Assembly (NCBI GenBank): GCA_051294375.1
Contig: CM119263.1
Coordinates: 25,387,367 to 25,451,366 of the forward strand
DNA length: 64,000 nt
Direction of reading: 5' to 3'
Origin: Paraspadella gotoi
Lineage: Eukaryota > Animalia > Chaetognatha
Shown: positions 1 to 14,000 of the stretch, in pieces
Layout of the letters: each line of letters opens with the position of its first letter
Numbering within the stretch: position 1 is the stretch's first letter
The notes under the pieces: model-generated
What the model saw: only the letters and a program-made list of their open reading frames with translations
Database searches by the model: none
What the model was told of the DNA's origin: nothing
Position numbers and translations under genes: made by a program

Positions 1-3000
1 TTTTGTTTTTCTTTTTTTTATTTTCTTCCTTTATTCCTTCTTTTTTCAAAACTTTTTATTTTCCTTTTGACTTTCTCCTCGTCTTTCGTGACGAAATTCG
101 GAGCGACAGAGCAAACCAGACGGCGTAACGGTGGATTGAGAGGCGGTGATGAGGCGGCTGCGGCGGCTGCGGCGGTGACTGCAGCTGCGGCGGGTCGGAT
201 TGCTTCCGCTACTTGATATCATCCCTACCAAAATTCTTTTAACCAAAAAAAATAAAAGAAATTGGGACTTTTACCTCCCGGTCGGTTGACCTTCAACCTA
301 ATCCTCTCGCTGGTCAGCCCTACCTAGCTCCCCCTCCTTTCCTTCCTAGGCGCCGCGCAAAAAAAAAAGTTCCGCCAATTTGATTCCGCTAAGTCCGCCA
401 TATTGGACGTCAACACCAAATCCCCGAAAATCGTCTGGAAGCTAAAAAAGNNNNNNNNNNNNNNNNNNNNNNNNNNNNNNNNNNNNNNNNNNNNNNNNNN
501 NNNNNNNNNNNNNNNNNNNNNNNNNNNNNNNNNNNNNNNNNNNNNNNNNNNNNNNNNNNNNNNNNNNNNNNNNNNNNNNNNNNNNNNNNNNNNNNNNNNN
601 NNNNNNNNNNNNNNNNNNNNNNNNNNNNNNNNNNNNNNNNNNNNNNNNNNNNNNNNNCTTTCCCCCGCCAAGGTTCTTCTTCTTCTTTTGATCTTTTATC
701 CGGTTTTTTTGTGTTATTGTTTGTTTACGTCGTCGACGAAGAGACGGCGCGGGGATCGGCGCCGTGAATTAGAAAGGGGGTAAAGAAAAAAAGAACAACC
801 TGAGCGAAAGGCGGCATCTCCCTCTTTTGACTCGAACGACGAATCGCGCGCCTTTTTTTTCTTTTTTTTAGCCCTTGTATAAACAAAAGCTCTTTAAATT
901 TCTGCTACTACTCATCATTTCTCCGTCCTAAAACGATTTTAATGTGGCAATCACACAATAAAAAGAGTTCCTCATCTCCCGATTCGATCGCCACGGGTAC
1001 CTTAATAAGTCCAAGAAACTATGACGCAGTGGTTTTCAACCACTTCGTCAACATCTAACACAATAAATATCTGCCAATCTCACATTGTTTATGATAGTAT
1101 GTTAACATAAATCATGTCGCAAAACAAAAGGACATTTATGCATCCATTTACCTATGTTATACCTGAGATCACACGTAGTAGCGAATTTATTGTTTCTCTA
1201 TTCTTACGCCCGGTTAACTGGATTTCTCTTCCTTTTCAGCAAAGGATTCTTGTTCCTCACAGTCAGTCTTCACGATGCAATATTACTTCTCGTTTAATTG
1301 ATTATTAGCATATTAATGATGTTTTATATAATTGTTATCATTTCTGTGAGCATTGTTGAGACATATTACGGTATTGTCTCTCAGATTGCTTTGCTGACAA
1401 AAGAGGTGAAAGTATCTCATAATGGCTTTGATTAATTTTAATTAAGGTCGGTATTTTACAAACTGGAACAAATAAACATATTTTAATGTTCTTGGAAACA
1501 TTTTTAATTATTTGAACGTAACTTATGTGGAACTTCGAGATTGTAACGAACGTGGCCATTAATCGTATCTAACGTCGGCTCATACACGAATATATCCAGC
1601 TCTTTGTTTCGAAAAATTTCTTCATTAGAGGTGGGATCAAAATTAGTAACAAGCTATATTTTAAGCTGAAAATTACTTTTTATATATTTCAAGATATTAA
1701 CTCTGTTTTTGAATATTTTTAAACGCAATTTAATAAAAGAATTTTTAAAAACCTGTTTAATAATTCTTCTTTTATCAATTTTGATGCGAGGAATTCAATC
1801 TGGCAATCAATAATTTGGTTAGAAAAGCCTATTTTTGACCCAATTTCTTCAGTGTTTTATAACGGATAGTGACTTGATATATATAGAATAATGCGCTACG
1901 TGCGAAATTAAAAAAACAGTAATATTAATCCTTTTTTTTTTTAATACAAATACATGCTTCCGTTGATGGTAATCCTGCTGATGGTTCATAGTCATTTTTT
2001 TTATAGAAATTTTAGCGTACATTAACTCATGCCGCTAGCGATAGGTATGCGCCGAGCTAGCGCTCGTACTATCACACATTAAGTGATAAAGAAATATAAT
2101 TAAACTCGAAATATATAGTGATAATAAAATACGAATCGTTTTGTCAAAACTAGAAATCTTTTACCACTCACAAGGAAATATCTACTTAAATTTTAGTTAT
2201 TATGTAAAATTTTAATAAAATTATAAAGGTCTAATATCATGTAGAAACAAGTATCGTTGCTATTTTTCATAAAGAAATACTTTCTTGTTATTCTGGACGA
2301 GTTTTAATGCAGTTTTACGTCCTCATCACATGTTATAAGACAGACTTACACCAATGCGGGGTTTTGGTTTCACAAGCCTTAAAGAATTCCAAACATCCTT
2401 TGACCAAAAACTTTTAAAGCATTAATGCTAAGTGGCTTAATGTGTATACAGCATTTATAGCTTTAGTCGATAAGCTAAGGAAAAGAGTAATGAAGGTATT
2501 ATTATCTGAAAATAAACATATGTCAAAATATATAGAAAAATTATTAATTTTCTTTTTTTTGCTTTTCACTGTATTCGCATTAATGAGAATGCACGTTTTC
2601 TCATTTCATATTGAAATGTGCAGTGTGCATGAGATGAATTAAGAAGAAGGAGTAGTTATTTTGCCTTCTTGGAGGTCGCTTTTTACATAAATGTCTCTCA
2701 AATTAAAACTAATCTTATTATAGAACATATGCTTTTCAGTCAGATGATAGGCTATACTATAAATTTTTATAAATTTTTTCCCACTCAAATAAAGCGGTCA
2801 TTATTTTCTCAAAACAATAAATAATTTTTAAGTATTTACGTCGTCGTTATATTCTTTCTTTTCGTTGCCGTTTGTAATTGGGAAAAAACCAGTTTTTAAA
2901 TTAATATTATCAATTGACGCTGCTCTGATAATAAACGCTGAATTGGAAGGCTCTTTAAAAAAGAGAGTCGAAAACATGTACAGACTGTTAAAAGAATCTG

Positions 3001-4339
3001 TCAAATATATATATCGTTGTCGAATTTTACAGAAAATTGTTTAGTTCTTGCGAGTATTCTATTCCGTGAAAGTTTTTTAAGTTCAGCAGCTGTCAAAGTC
3101 TAAGCTGGGTATTCTCTCAGACAATTGAGATTGTCAGATGATTTACGAAATTTGATTAATATAAAATCGGTATATAGGAAAATATTGAAATTGGAAGTTC
3201 GATGAGAATATCCGTACAAATTGCATTAGGGAAAACATTTATTTCGTTCAAATACACATGTCAAATATTCTAAGAAATTCTATGAAGTAGCAGAAACGAC
3301 TGACTTTAATGGCAGATCATAAAAATAAGTTAAAAATAGTTTACACCAACTATTTAGATTTTTTTTTAGATTTCCTAGTAAAACTTTGAAATCGAACTTC
3401 TCTACATGCTTTGCGATAATTAGTGAAAACAAACGTTAAAAAAACATAAAATTTTCATAGTTTTAAAGTCCTCAGCACGCAAATAGTATAGCTTAGAATT
3501 TTACATATCCTGTATATTCTTTTTAGTGATATATTGCACTTACCCTGTATCACAGGTGCCAGCTTCCACAAAATAAGACGAACGACGAGGTTGAGCACAA
3601 CGAAAAACAATTTATCGGCTGTATTTGTGATTAAATGTAAGGAGCTAAAAATTTAGAAAGCATACTACACGCTATCCGAGCTTACTCTGACATTCTAGCT
3701 TCTTGTAATATATACTATATCATGCCCTGTATATATTTCTAATGATCTGCGCTAACAGAAACACGCCATACTTTCGGCCTTCACAGTCACGAAATACTAT
3801 AAGGGAACCTAAATATTGTACAATTGCAAAGCATCATAATTCGCTAAAGTAAAAAGGCGCGGAAATGTTGATAATTTTCAAATCAATTTTGACCAATTCG
3901 TTGGAGATGAACGAATAAAATTCTCCGGTTTTCGTGATCAGAAATAATGTCAGAAAGATCGGGGGATCATTACGACTCGAGGATGGCGAAAAAGTTTTAT
4001 GAAATACGGAAGAGAAAAAAGTGGGCTCAAAAAGTCGCTTGTAAAAGGGCGAACTCATGCCCAAATTAAGGACTAACTAATTAATTGGTGCATTTTCAAT
4101 AATTCCTCTATAGTGGATATCAGATGAAATTAAAAATTATCCAAACTTGATTAAGCTTTCAATTAAAAATAGAGCATGTATATATTAAACATAGATTCAA
4201 GTCAAGAGTGTCCGTCGTCGTTGTCGTCGTCGGTCGTTGTCACGTCGTTGTCGTTCGTCGTCGAACGCTCGTCCGTCAGTCACGCTTTTATTTTAATCCA
4301 AAACTCGAAAAAAAAGAGCATCGGCGACGAAAACGCGCT

Positions 4340-7300
4340 GTTTTTTCCTCTACTTCTTTCCTCTTCCTTCTCGTCTTATGTCTTCAGCCTTCTTCTCCTC
4401 ATCAATCTCCGCTTCTTTCTCTCTTCCTTCCCGTATACTTACCCGGGCTTACTGATCCGTTGTGGAGACTTTTCAACTGTTAGTCTTCACTGCACAGTTA
4501 TGTTTCTCTATCTGTTTGGTTTTTTAAGAATTTAAATCACTAGCAAACTAGAACAAACTAAGAAACAAACCAAGAACAAACTAAGAAGCAGAACTAGCAA
4601 CATATACGAACTGTATGTTTCAATTAACATTTACTTTTCCGCTTATTGTTTTTGCTTATTTTCCGCGACGTCCTAAAACTAAATTCTTTATTTTTTGCTC
4701 AACTCAGAGGGTCACACAAGCCGGAGAGATTTTTCTGTTCAGTCCCTTTGTCTTGCGTAAAAAAACTTCTTCACAATGCGAAACCTACATGGAGAGCATC
4801 AAGACATGGAGTGGCATGAAACAGACATCGGAACGCAATGAAAACTAATTTCTCGCCAACGTTGAGGCGCATTTGATCGATACGATCTCATATACTCTGC
4901 TCTCTCTCTCTCGTCTTATCACTCTCTCTCTCGTCTCCTCTCGTCTCTCTCTCTCTCTCCTCTCATCGTCGTCTCTCTTCTGTCTTTCTTTCTCTCTCTC
5001 ACCGATGCTCACCCGTTACTCGAACCCTCTGCATAACCTCTCTCTATCTCTCTCTCCTCGTCTCGTTCTCTCTCCTTCTCTCTCCCTCTCTCACACTCCA
5101 CCATGCGCGACTCGGTACACTGCCTCGACCTCTTCATACCTACTCTTCGTCGTCGCCGTCTCCTCCTCTCCGCCTCTCCCTGCACTCTCTCTCTCGCCGT
5201 CTCTTCCTCTCTCCTTTCTCCGTCTATTTCTCTTCATTTTATTATTCTTCTCTTTTTCGTTGTTTCGGCTTCCTCTAGAGCGGCATGTCTGGTACTCTCA
5301 TGCTGGTCCTCTCTGCATCTCTCTCTCTCCAACCCATGTCCATCCTCTCGCGGACCCTCTCGCCCGCTTTCCGGTTCGCCCCCTCCTCATGGCAGACTCT
5401 GGTTACTGCCTCTGCCGTTCTCCTCCCGTTCTCCTCCATTCTCTTCTTCCTCTCAGCTCGAGCCCGATCTGTTTTCCTTCAACTTTTCTCTTCGAGCGTT
5501 ATCCATGCTCGGACCTCCTTATTCCAACTATCGCGCAGCGGCGTCGAGTCTCCCGTCAGACGCGATGGATCATCTGGGATGGACCGGTAGTGCCAGTTCG
5601 TTGCACGGGATCTTCGTTCACTGCGTTGGGAGGCGAGTCGATTGCTTGTTGTCTGGTCTGATATTCAGTTTGGTTATCTGAGTTTCTGCCTCTTGTTTGT
5701 TTTGTTGTCTCTTGTTAAGTTAGGGTTGTTTTTTTGTCATTTATCATATTGGTGACTAGTTTCATAATTGTTGTATTTGTTCGTCTTTTGTTTGCCTGTC
5801 GTTTCGTTTTAGTGTTTGTTAGTGTGTTTTGTTTTGCTGTGTTGTTGTCGGTTTGTTCAACCTTTGTGTTTTTGCACACTAAATGCGTTGTTATTGGCAT
5901 TCAGTGGTTATCGACATAATTGTCCTTTATGTAATATTTTGTTATTAATTATATTTGTAAGTTTTAAACATTTATCCTCCCCGTCCCGGTTTTTGATCGC
6001 CGCTCCTCCCCTACCAGATCCTCAACGTTGGCTACTCTCACTGGATCAAATTGTTCCGCTTCATCCGCGACGGTCATTGCAAGGGACGTGCGGCTGCCTG
6101 CACGTCGCGGTCGTGCTAGCTTTCGCCTGACAGGTGCTCGTCGGCCCCAGCCACGGTGCTGCGCTCCTTTTTTCGGCAGCCCCTCCCTGCATAAATCCTG
6201 GACGTAGGTGGCCAGACCGGCGGCCGTTCGAGGAACCGTGATTGCGCACGTGGCGGAGGAGCAGCCGATCGCTCGTGGCGAACAACGCAGGCGTGCTCAT
6301 CTTGGATTTTTTGGAAGTGCAGATACACACGATGCCTGCAGTTTGACGTTATGCACGGTCTGCGCCAAATCAAGTCGATAAATAAATTAAACGCAAATAT
6401 CAATTCAATCTTCGAACAGATTTATCACTCATTGTAAAGCTAACGCAATTGCATCAATATGTTTCAAACATGCTATTATCTCTTAGCAATCTCTATCAAT
6501 TAATTTAAGTCAATTCTATCACATTCAACTTGATAGATGAATCAGCCAGTTTAAATAAATCCTTTTAATTCAGTCCGCATGCAATCGAATTAAATAAAAT
6601 GGGAGAGAATGAAGTTCATAATCCACCACTTGAATACAATATTATCATAATATTTAATCACAATCATGTAGGATTTCAACTTAATCCTCAAATCCTCAAT
6701 TCCAATCTTTCTGCTCCCAATCCTCAACCAATAACAGATCTACCATCGCGCGCTCGATTCTCCGTCACGCTCGGAGCTCAATCCGTAACGGTCCTCTCAA
6801 GCCCACTGTCTGTCGTCGTCTCCCTTCTGCTTACTTCTCTTGCCATCCACTTTGTCCGCTTGGGCGGCGTCTGGCATCGCTACCGCCGGCCTCGTAGGGC
6901 TAGAAGTGCGGCGCGTGTGTCCGTCCACTTGTCGCTCGTCGCGTCGGCGGCGTCAAGCGGACGAAGCGTACTTCCCGGTTGCGTATCCTGATGCTCCGTC
7001 AATCTTGCTTCCTCCGCGTGAAAAATGATATTCTATATCAACGACCGCGTCACGTTTGACGCGTTACTTTGCTATTCTTTATAAAGCCACTCTCGCTTCC
7101 GGGGTGACCCAGCTTCGCTCGTCGGTTATGAAACGAATCATTTAGTGAGGTCGGTTTCCAAAAGGGGCAGGAGAGTGTGTTTGAAAAGGTCATCTCTGCA
7201 GGACTTATATCCTCTTGCCTGAGCCAACTTCGACGGCACCACGTCTCATCTCTACTCTCTCAGGTTTCTCTTACTCTCGCTCTGAATTATCTGCTTTTTA

Positions 7301-7830
7301 TCCCTCTCCTGTCTCTTTTTGCCAATATTATTCTCTCCTCGGACACGCCCTTTCGCCCAGAAGGCCCCACAGTTAATACAGCAGGAACCTATCTAAGACT
7401 CGTCACGAGACGTAACCCACCGTGAGAGGAGTTTGAGAGGGTGGAAGCTAGCGAAGAAAAGTCAATAATACAGGACCGAGGGAGGATAGGACGGGAAAAA
7501 AAAGAAAGAGGGAGAGAGAGAGAGAGAGAGCAGAGAGAGGAGATTCATCTTTTAAACCTTCAATCCACAAGATGAATCCTCCCTAAAGTCAATGAAGGAA
7601 CCTATTAAATCGTCACGTCATCACGCGCTACAGTCTTGAAAGCGCGGCTCAATGTTTGTTACACTAGAACCGGAAAACCTGAAGTGAAGAAAGAACGGAC
7701 ATATCGGCTGGGCCTCCTGTGCGTATTTCTTTGCTCTCCGGTTGCCGGTTACTTGCTAGCTTATTTCCTTATCTCTTTCTGGGAGCCAGGATACTCACGT
7801 TCTTTCATAGATGCTGTTCCCTCCTTCCTT
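4340..7830 (-). other. Possible multi-exon gene remnant in error-rich sequence (product unidentifiable)
   Basis: GC-rich exon-like blocks (~5280-5660, ~6013-6335, ~6742-7020) alternate with AT-rich intron-like blocks. Minus-strand donors (ctg|gtaggg at ~6012, atg|gtagat at ~6741) and an acceptor (ctgcag| at ~6336) are present. No frame stays open, and the block abuts a 25-N gap (8184-8208). Confidence 0.25.
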
Positions 7831-7961
7831 TCTTAATTTTCAATTTTTTTAAAGTCTAATATTATTTTAGATTTTTCCCTTTTTGTTTCTTGCTTTTAAT
7901 TTTTTAAGCAAAAAGCTATCGAAAAATGTTTGAGAGAGAGATGGTTAAAACAACGGGATAT

Positions 7962-8084
7962 TTTAATTTCATAAGGTGAAACGGCACTGTTTCGACTCCA
8001 CTATTACGCACGTTTCTTACAGGCGCCCAATTCCAAATGTGAGTCGATAAACAGTGTCCGTCTTCAATGCCTATGAAATAAAAA
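7962..8084. repeat. Imperfect inverted repeat / small MITE-like hairpin
   Basis: The left arm atttcataaggtgaaacggcactgtttcgactc resembles the reverse complement of the right arm, atttcataggcattgaagacggacactgtttatcgactc. Confidence 0.55.
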
Positions 8085-9050
8085 TCGGTCTGTTAAATGC
8101 TCTCTTCAAACATCTTTGTTCTAAAAATCAAATCACAGAACGACTAAACAGAAAAGTGAAAAGAACATCAAGAGTTTTTTAACNNNNNNNNNNNNNNNNN
8201 NNNNNNNNCAAAAATTGAAAAACTGTCAGAAACTTGGTTCCGGATTTTTTTACACGTTATTTCACGGTTAATTTATTTTAACTATTTTATTTTATCTCTA
8301 ACTCGTTGGTTTTTCCCTTGTTTTTAGTCGCGACGAGAGTGCTCTCGTTACCTTTACTTTACAGTTTATTGTCGACTGTCTGTCTTCCTATCTGTCCAAT
8401 TAAACAGGTGATATAGAAATTCCATTCGACAGTTTTTACGATCTTCGCAAATAGGGTTCGATGTATGACTGTAGTGTAGAAAATAAATTATCAGTTAGGG
8501 CATCACCAAACCTTGGTTTTTTGGCCCAAGAATTTTCGTTGTTAACTTAGCAGCGAAGCATTCTAACTCTATTCTAACTCTCAACAATTCATTTAATAAA
8601 GAAGCTATATATCTTGCCATATGTTTAGGATTTAAATTGCAGACGGTATATCACCTACTAGGTGTTAAAATAAAAAGTGTATCGGTTTATGATACTGGTT
8701 GTCTAATGTTCTTATTTTGGCTGATCTAGAATATAAATTATAATATATAGAGCATAAGTAGATACATTTCTACATTTCTTTATTACGATTTCTACTCTAT
8801 ATTCACAAGTTTGTACTACAGAAAAAAAATATATTGATCTCTTCAAACAAAAGGCATTTATTGGTCAATATTCAATATAAAGCATAGGCAGGATTTATGA
8901 TGTGATGTATATGCTCATTATTCATCGAGACAAAAAAAAGATCTCCAGTCCAGTTTGTTCACCATCGCCACTCCACTCCTCATTGTCCAGTGTTCACTTA
9001 ACACACCTCCAACTCCCACTTAACACCCCCACTTACTTCTCCCACAACTC

Positions 9051-10268
9051 CTAAACCGTGACGTTTCCAGGCTGGCACGGATAGGCGCACCTCCGCACGT
9101 AGCTTTCGATGCTTCCGCTGGAGACGTTCATGAGCGCCGTATATGTCGTTTCAAGATTGAGGACGGGCTTGGTGCTCAACACGTTGTAGAGACCGGCAAA
9201 ATCAGCGTGCCCAGCGACGCCCTTCATACAAAAGTAGCCCGGGGTACGCTTGTTGTCCCAAGGCAGCTGCGGCGACCAATGGTCGGAGTTGGTCTGCAGC
9301 AACCAGGAAACGTTGGACGAGAGCGTCTGCGGCAGGATGGATCGATTGTCCGAGCGGGTGATGACGACGCCTTCGTCGCCAGAAACCCCGCCGAGGATCA
9401 TGTAGACGGGACTCAGCACCGTTACAGACTCCAAGTACTTCCGGGCGTCTTCGAAAGACTCCAACTCTTCGAACAAATGCCGCGTCACCTCGGCCATGGG
9501 CACGCCTTTCTTCATCCCCAGCACCCAGGAAAATACGGACATGATCCCGTGGCCTTTTCCCGCCCGCATATTCACCGACATTGAAAAATTACCCTTCTTG
9601 ACGCCGCTGAGAATGGGCAGGTAGCCCACGAACGTGTTGGCGCGGTAGAGCAGCTTCCCGCCGCGACGAAACTCCAAGTTGACGGCCAACTTGCGCAGAT
9701 ACTCGGCGACGATGAACTGATGAGTCGTGGGATCGACGCCCAATCCGATGCCGAAGTCGACGTTCCTCCCGTGGACGAGTCGGCCGTCGACGCCGCGAGC
9801 CAGGATCGAGGTGCAGGCCCACTTCAGCTCGTAGATGAGGTTGAAGCCGAGGAAGGAGTTGAAGTCGACCCCGACCTCGGACGACGCCGCCGCCATGCCC
9901 TCTATCTCTCGGCGCATGGTGGACGGAAGGGCCTGGCGCATGAGCCGGAAGAAGAAATCGACCGGAAAGTTGGAGCCGAGATGTTTGCTGATTTGTATGT
10001 GGACGAATTGTTTCAAGTGCTTCATCAAGCCTTTGATCGGCACCAAGAATCGCTTGACGATGTGACCCCATCGCTTTTCCGGCGGAGCGTCGAGATCGAG
10101 GACGAACCAGGTGTGGTGTAGCCTATCGTTCGGCGGCGGAGGGTAGGCGTTGACGGCGCAGCGGAAGGAAGGGTCGACGGTTGGCTGGGGGTTGGCTTCG
10201 TCGGCCGCGGATGGACCGTCGAAGAGGGACGTCGCCACGAGGAGGAATACGAGAAGAAGATTCGTCAT
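9051..10268 (-). CDS. ASAH1: Acid ceramidase (ASAH1/NAAA Ntn-hydrolase family), single coding exon, ~405 aa
   Basis: Signal peptide MTNLLLVFLLVATSLF; RCAVNAYPP; LDLDAPPEKRW; autocleavage nucleophile YELKWA-C-TSILA; HGRNVDFG; FVGYLPILSGVK; QTNSDHW; KRTP..C; LYNVLSTKPVLNLETTYTALM; C-terminal CAYPC. A 68-nt GT-AG intron (10283-10350) lies in the 5' UTR. Confidence 0.92.
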   Translation of the reverse strand: MTNLLLVFLLVATSLFDGPSAADEANPQPTVDPSFRCAVNAYPPPPNDRLHHTWFVLDLDAPPEKRWGHIVKRFLVPIKGLMKHLKQFVHIQISKHLGSNFPVDFFFRLMRQALPSTMRREIEGMAAASSEVGVDFNSFLGFNLIYELKWACTSILARGVDGRLVHGRNVDFGIGLGVDPTTHQFIVAEYLRKLAVNLEFRRGGKLLYRANTFVGYLPILSGVKKGNFSMSVNMRAGKGHGIMSVFSWVLGMKKGVPMAEVTRHLFEELESFEDARKYLESVTVLSPVYMILGGVSGDEGVVITRSDNRSILPQTLSSNVSWLLQTNSDHWSPQLPWDNKRTPGYFCMKGVAGHADFAGLYNVLSTKPVLNLETTYTALMNVSSGSIESYVRRCAYPCQPGNVTV

Positions 10269-11058
10269 GTTCTTTTGTTTTCCTGAGATTGAGAGAAAAC
10301 ATTCTTTAAACAATTACCTATTTATGTATTTAAAAAAATATTAAACTTACCTTTGTGAATTTTTTTTATGTCATCTCTGCCTTTAAAAAAATTCAAATAA
10401 GTTTTCAATATTCTTCAAGTTTAGGTTCTTTGTTAAGCAGTTCTAATGTCCTAAGCGAGGATTATAAAGTGAAGTTGTTTAGTTGTTCATTATTGTTGTT
10501 CAGTCCTGTGCAAAGAAAAGAGAACACCCTAAAACATGGTGCGAATAAAGCTTGTTAGAATCCTTTAATATAAAAGACATTATGGGTCAATAATGTTCAT
10601 GGAATAAAAATTTTTTGGTCAAAATTTGTCTAAAATTTATCCATCCGTTTATAAGCAATTTTTTAAGTAAATAACCTTTGTGTTTTGTTTAATTTTTTTC
10701 CGTTACTCACTAGTTTCTTTCTCTCCCACCTCACCGCGTTTTCTTGTTTCCCCGCCTTCTTTTCCTTCTCCCTCCCAACTACATCCGCCTTTTCCTTTCT
10801 TCTTAATCCTTTATTCTTTTCATTTTGTACTTTCGTCGAAATTTTTTTTTTCTTAATTACCGTTAGTGCCTTCACACGAAATCTTGGATGAATTTTGTTT
10901 TTTTTTTTTTTGGCACGATTCAAAATTGCCAACGGCGCCGTTTCTATAGTTTCTTTCTCTCTGTGCTCATCTCCATGCTCTCTCTCTCTCTCTGCTCTCT
11001 CTCTCTCCGATCTTTCATCTCGTCTCTCTCTCTCGTCACTCTCTCACTGCTCACTCTC

Positions 11059-11091
<33 letters not shown>

Positions 11092-14000
11092 TACTCTCTC
11101 TCTCTTCCATCATCTCTGCTCTCTCACTCCTCCTTCCATCTCTCTGTAATCTTTCATCATCTCATTTTTTCGGCTAACCCGCAATATCTTTATTTCTAAT
11201 CTTTCTCTGCCCTCTTTCTCGATCACGCGTTTTTCTCTAAATTTTTTATTGCCCATATCTTTTTCAGGTTTTCACCTTTTTTGTGAAGAATATTTTTAAT
11301 AAAAGAAAAAATCTTTTTCAGCATTTTTTGTTTTTTTTATTTTGCTTTGCCATTTAGAATTCAATTATTGCGAGTAAATTTTTCTTACATCTTAATGGTT
11401 CTTTTTTTTTTCTTCCTTTTTTCTTTTCTTTTCCTTTTTTTTCTTTTTTCGCGTTTGGGTTTTTCTTTATTTTCGGCTTCTTTTTTTTTTTCTCCTCTCG
11501 CGCTTCCCTCAATCTCGTCTCCCATGATGGAACACGCTTTTTTGGAAAAGCGAGGAGGGGGAGAAAGGGGGAGAGGGAAGAGGAGCGTGGGGAGAGGGGA
11601 GAGGGAAGTGAAAAGAGCGAATATTGAAAGAAGAAAAGGGAGAAATAGGGTTAGGGAGATATGGCTGATGTATTGAACAATGAACCATAAATGTGTTAAA
11701 ACGTTTGGGTGCATGAGAGGTTTTCCGTTTGTGACGAAAATAAAATGGGAGATAACATGTGTCCATCTGTACAAAGCTAGGGGCAAGATAGTCATAGCTT
11801 GTTTATAAAATTAATGAACAATTTTTATATTGGTACAATAGTATATAAATCAGAAATGGTTCGAAGCCGAAAATAACCCAAAGGATAAGGATGAGAGAAT
11901 CAGAAGAGAAAAGATTGTTGGAATGTAGTGGATTGTTGAGTAGCTAATAGCCATTCAAATCTGATTTCACCCAATACCCAACGCAATGTTACGCGACAAT
12001 ATTTGTCTTAATTGAAGATCTGTGGATCCACTCCAACTTTACAACCATGACTTTGAGTCAGAAAAGTCAGAAAAATTGTGCAATTCCACAAACATATTGC
12101 TAGTGGTTTACAAAGTAGGATACAAACCATATATATAATTTTATATATACTAAAGGTCATTAAAACTGTACCTCCTCGCTGCATGCCCCTACTTCCGCGG
12201 TTGCTTCCGTGCGCATGACGCCGTTTACTTTTCTCTAAAAGCCAATCCGACCAATAAAGAAAAAAACTGCATTTCGTTTTTTCTATGGTTGAAAAGTGGA
12301 AGTTAAAGACGACGTTTTTCCGTGATTAACGTTCTAAAAATAAATAGCGCGGCAGGTGATTGAAACTCTTTTTCGCAAATGGAGAAGCCATGGGAATACG
12401 ACGCGAGCGCGCTACGAGCCGTCCGTCTTGTTCGTCGTATGTCATCGTTCATGGCTTATGTGTGATTTAAAACAGCTTTGTCATTGTCTGAAGAAAGCTT
12501 TTACTTTTTCTCTTTCTTTGTCCACACTTATATACCCGGCCTCGTCTTTCGTGCAGCGATTACCGGATTGTCAATTTTTAGCAGTCGTTCAAATCGTAAT
12601 AATCCGTCATCATCGTCGCCATCGTTCATTTTCGTTACTACTTCTTGTGATTTTTAGGTGTGAAGTGTCAGGAACTCGTAACATTTAGAGGCTCCATTCC
12701 TTTATTCGTCGCAGGAGCAATAAACGAAAGAGCTTTCGTTTAAGTCGGGTTTCGTGGTTGGTTGTTGTCGTCGTCGTCGTCAGTTGTCGTCGTCGTCGTT
12801 GTCGTCGTCCGTCTCTCTAAGTTGTCAGTTGTCTGTCAACGTTGTCATGCATGATGATCACTCGCGCGCCGGTCGATCTTCTAAAAAAGTCGCGAAAAAA
12901 AAAAACTTTTTGTTAGGAACCAGTTCGACCGCAACGAGTTTTTTCAAACTAATTTTGTAGTCATTCTGTCTTCGCGGTAACGGTGTTTTCGTAACGGAAA
13001 AATAAAAAAAAAAGTATTTGTGCCGGGTTTTTTTAAACTTTTTTTTCTTTTGGTCGTTACCGGTGGATGATTTTGAAGCCTGAAAATGAAGTTCTGCCTA
13101 ACCTTTACCAGCGAACGGTTTTTCTCGGGGCAGCAATTACAGGAAAAAAAATTTCCCTTCCGTCGCCTCGTAGAAAAACGGTCTTATTTTCGCATTTGAG
13201 TGCCCGGATGCGGACTTTCGAACGCCGCTGCTTGGCAATGGAGACGGGAACGCCGACGTCGTGCTTGCAATGAAGGGGAACGTCGTTGCTTTTGGAATCG
13301 GGAGACCGGATTTGCATCGACGTGTAGCTTTAACCTTTTATTGCAGTTGTTTGGCATAAGATAAGATAACGAGATGAACATGACAAGATAAAGTAAGTAA
13401 ATAAGACTGAATTTTTCGGCTGTCAACTCAATTTCTCAACGATTCTAAACTCGACCACATGTCACTCCGGCGGGCGTTCACATGCTCTGCGAAAAAACAA
13501 TCGCCAATCTAGTTTACGTAAAAGTCTTTTTCCGCACGAACGACGACGACGACGACGACGACGCCCGTGTTGGCGAGTTATTGTCCTCAGGTTCGTCTTG
13601 TGGTTCGTTCGACGAACGGCTTTCATCCAGGCTCGTGTCCCGTTTTAGGAAACAAGTTCCAACGATAGTTTCTTCTTTTCCTTTATTTTTTTTTTTTAGT
13701 AGACTTTGCTCTTATCTTCCTTTTCCTTGTTTTTTTTTCCTTTCTCTAGTTGGCTTAGCATTCCTTGTTTTTTCCTTTTTCATCCGATTATATGATTCCG
13801 TTACCATTTTGCTTTGTCTCTTTGCATACTGTTTTTTTTACTTTAAAGATCAGATCCCATAGATTGTCTCATTTCTTTCACCGAAGAGACGTGCGGCGTA
13901 TCCGTTTCTTCTCCTCTTTTTTCTCGAGTGAGAACCTTTCACTTGTTTTCTTTTTTCTTTCCTCTTGTTGTTTTTCTTTTCTTTTTCTTCATCCAACCTC

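Noticed and set aside
3531-3570. TATTGCACTT / TACCCTGTA / TATCACAG resembling the miR-92, miR-10 and miR-2 5' ends
   Set aside because: Only 8-10 nt matches and no precursor hairpin.
5550-5600. RWIIWDGPV resembling the dynein heavy chain AAA2 motif
   Set aside because: No flanking similarity (no WIENMNTVLDDN); it lies in a noisy, low-complexity ORF.
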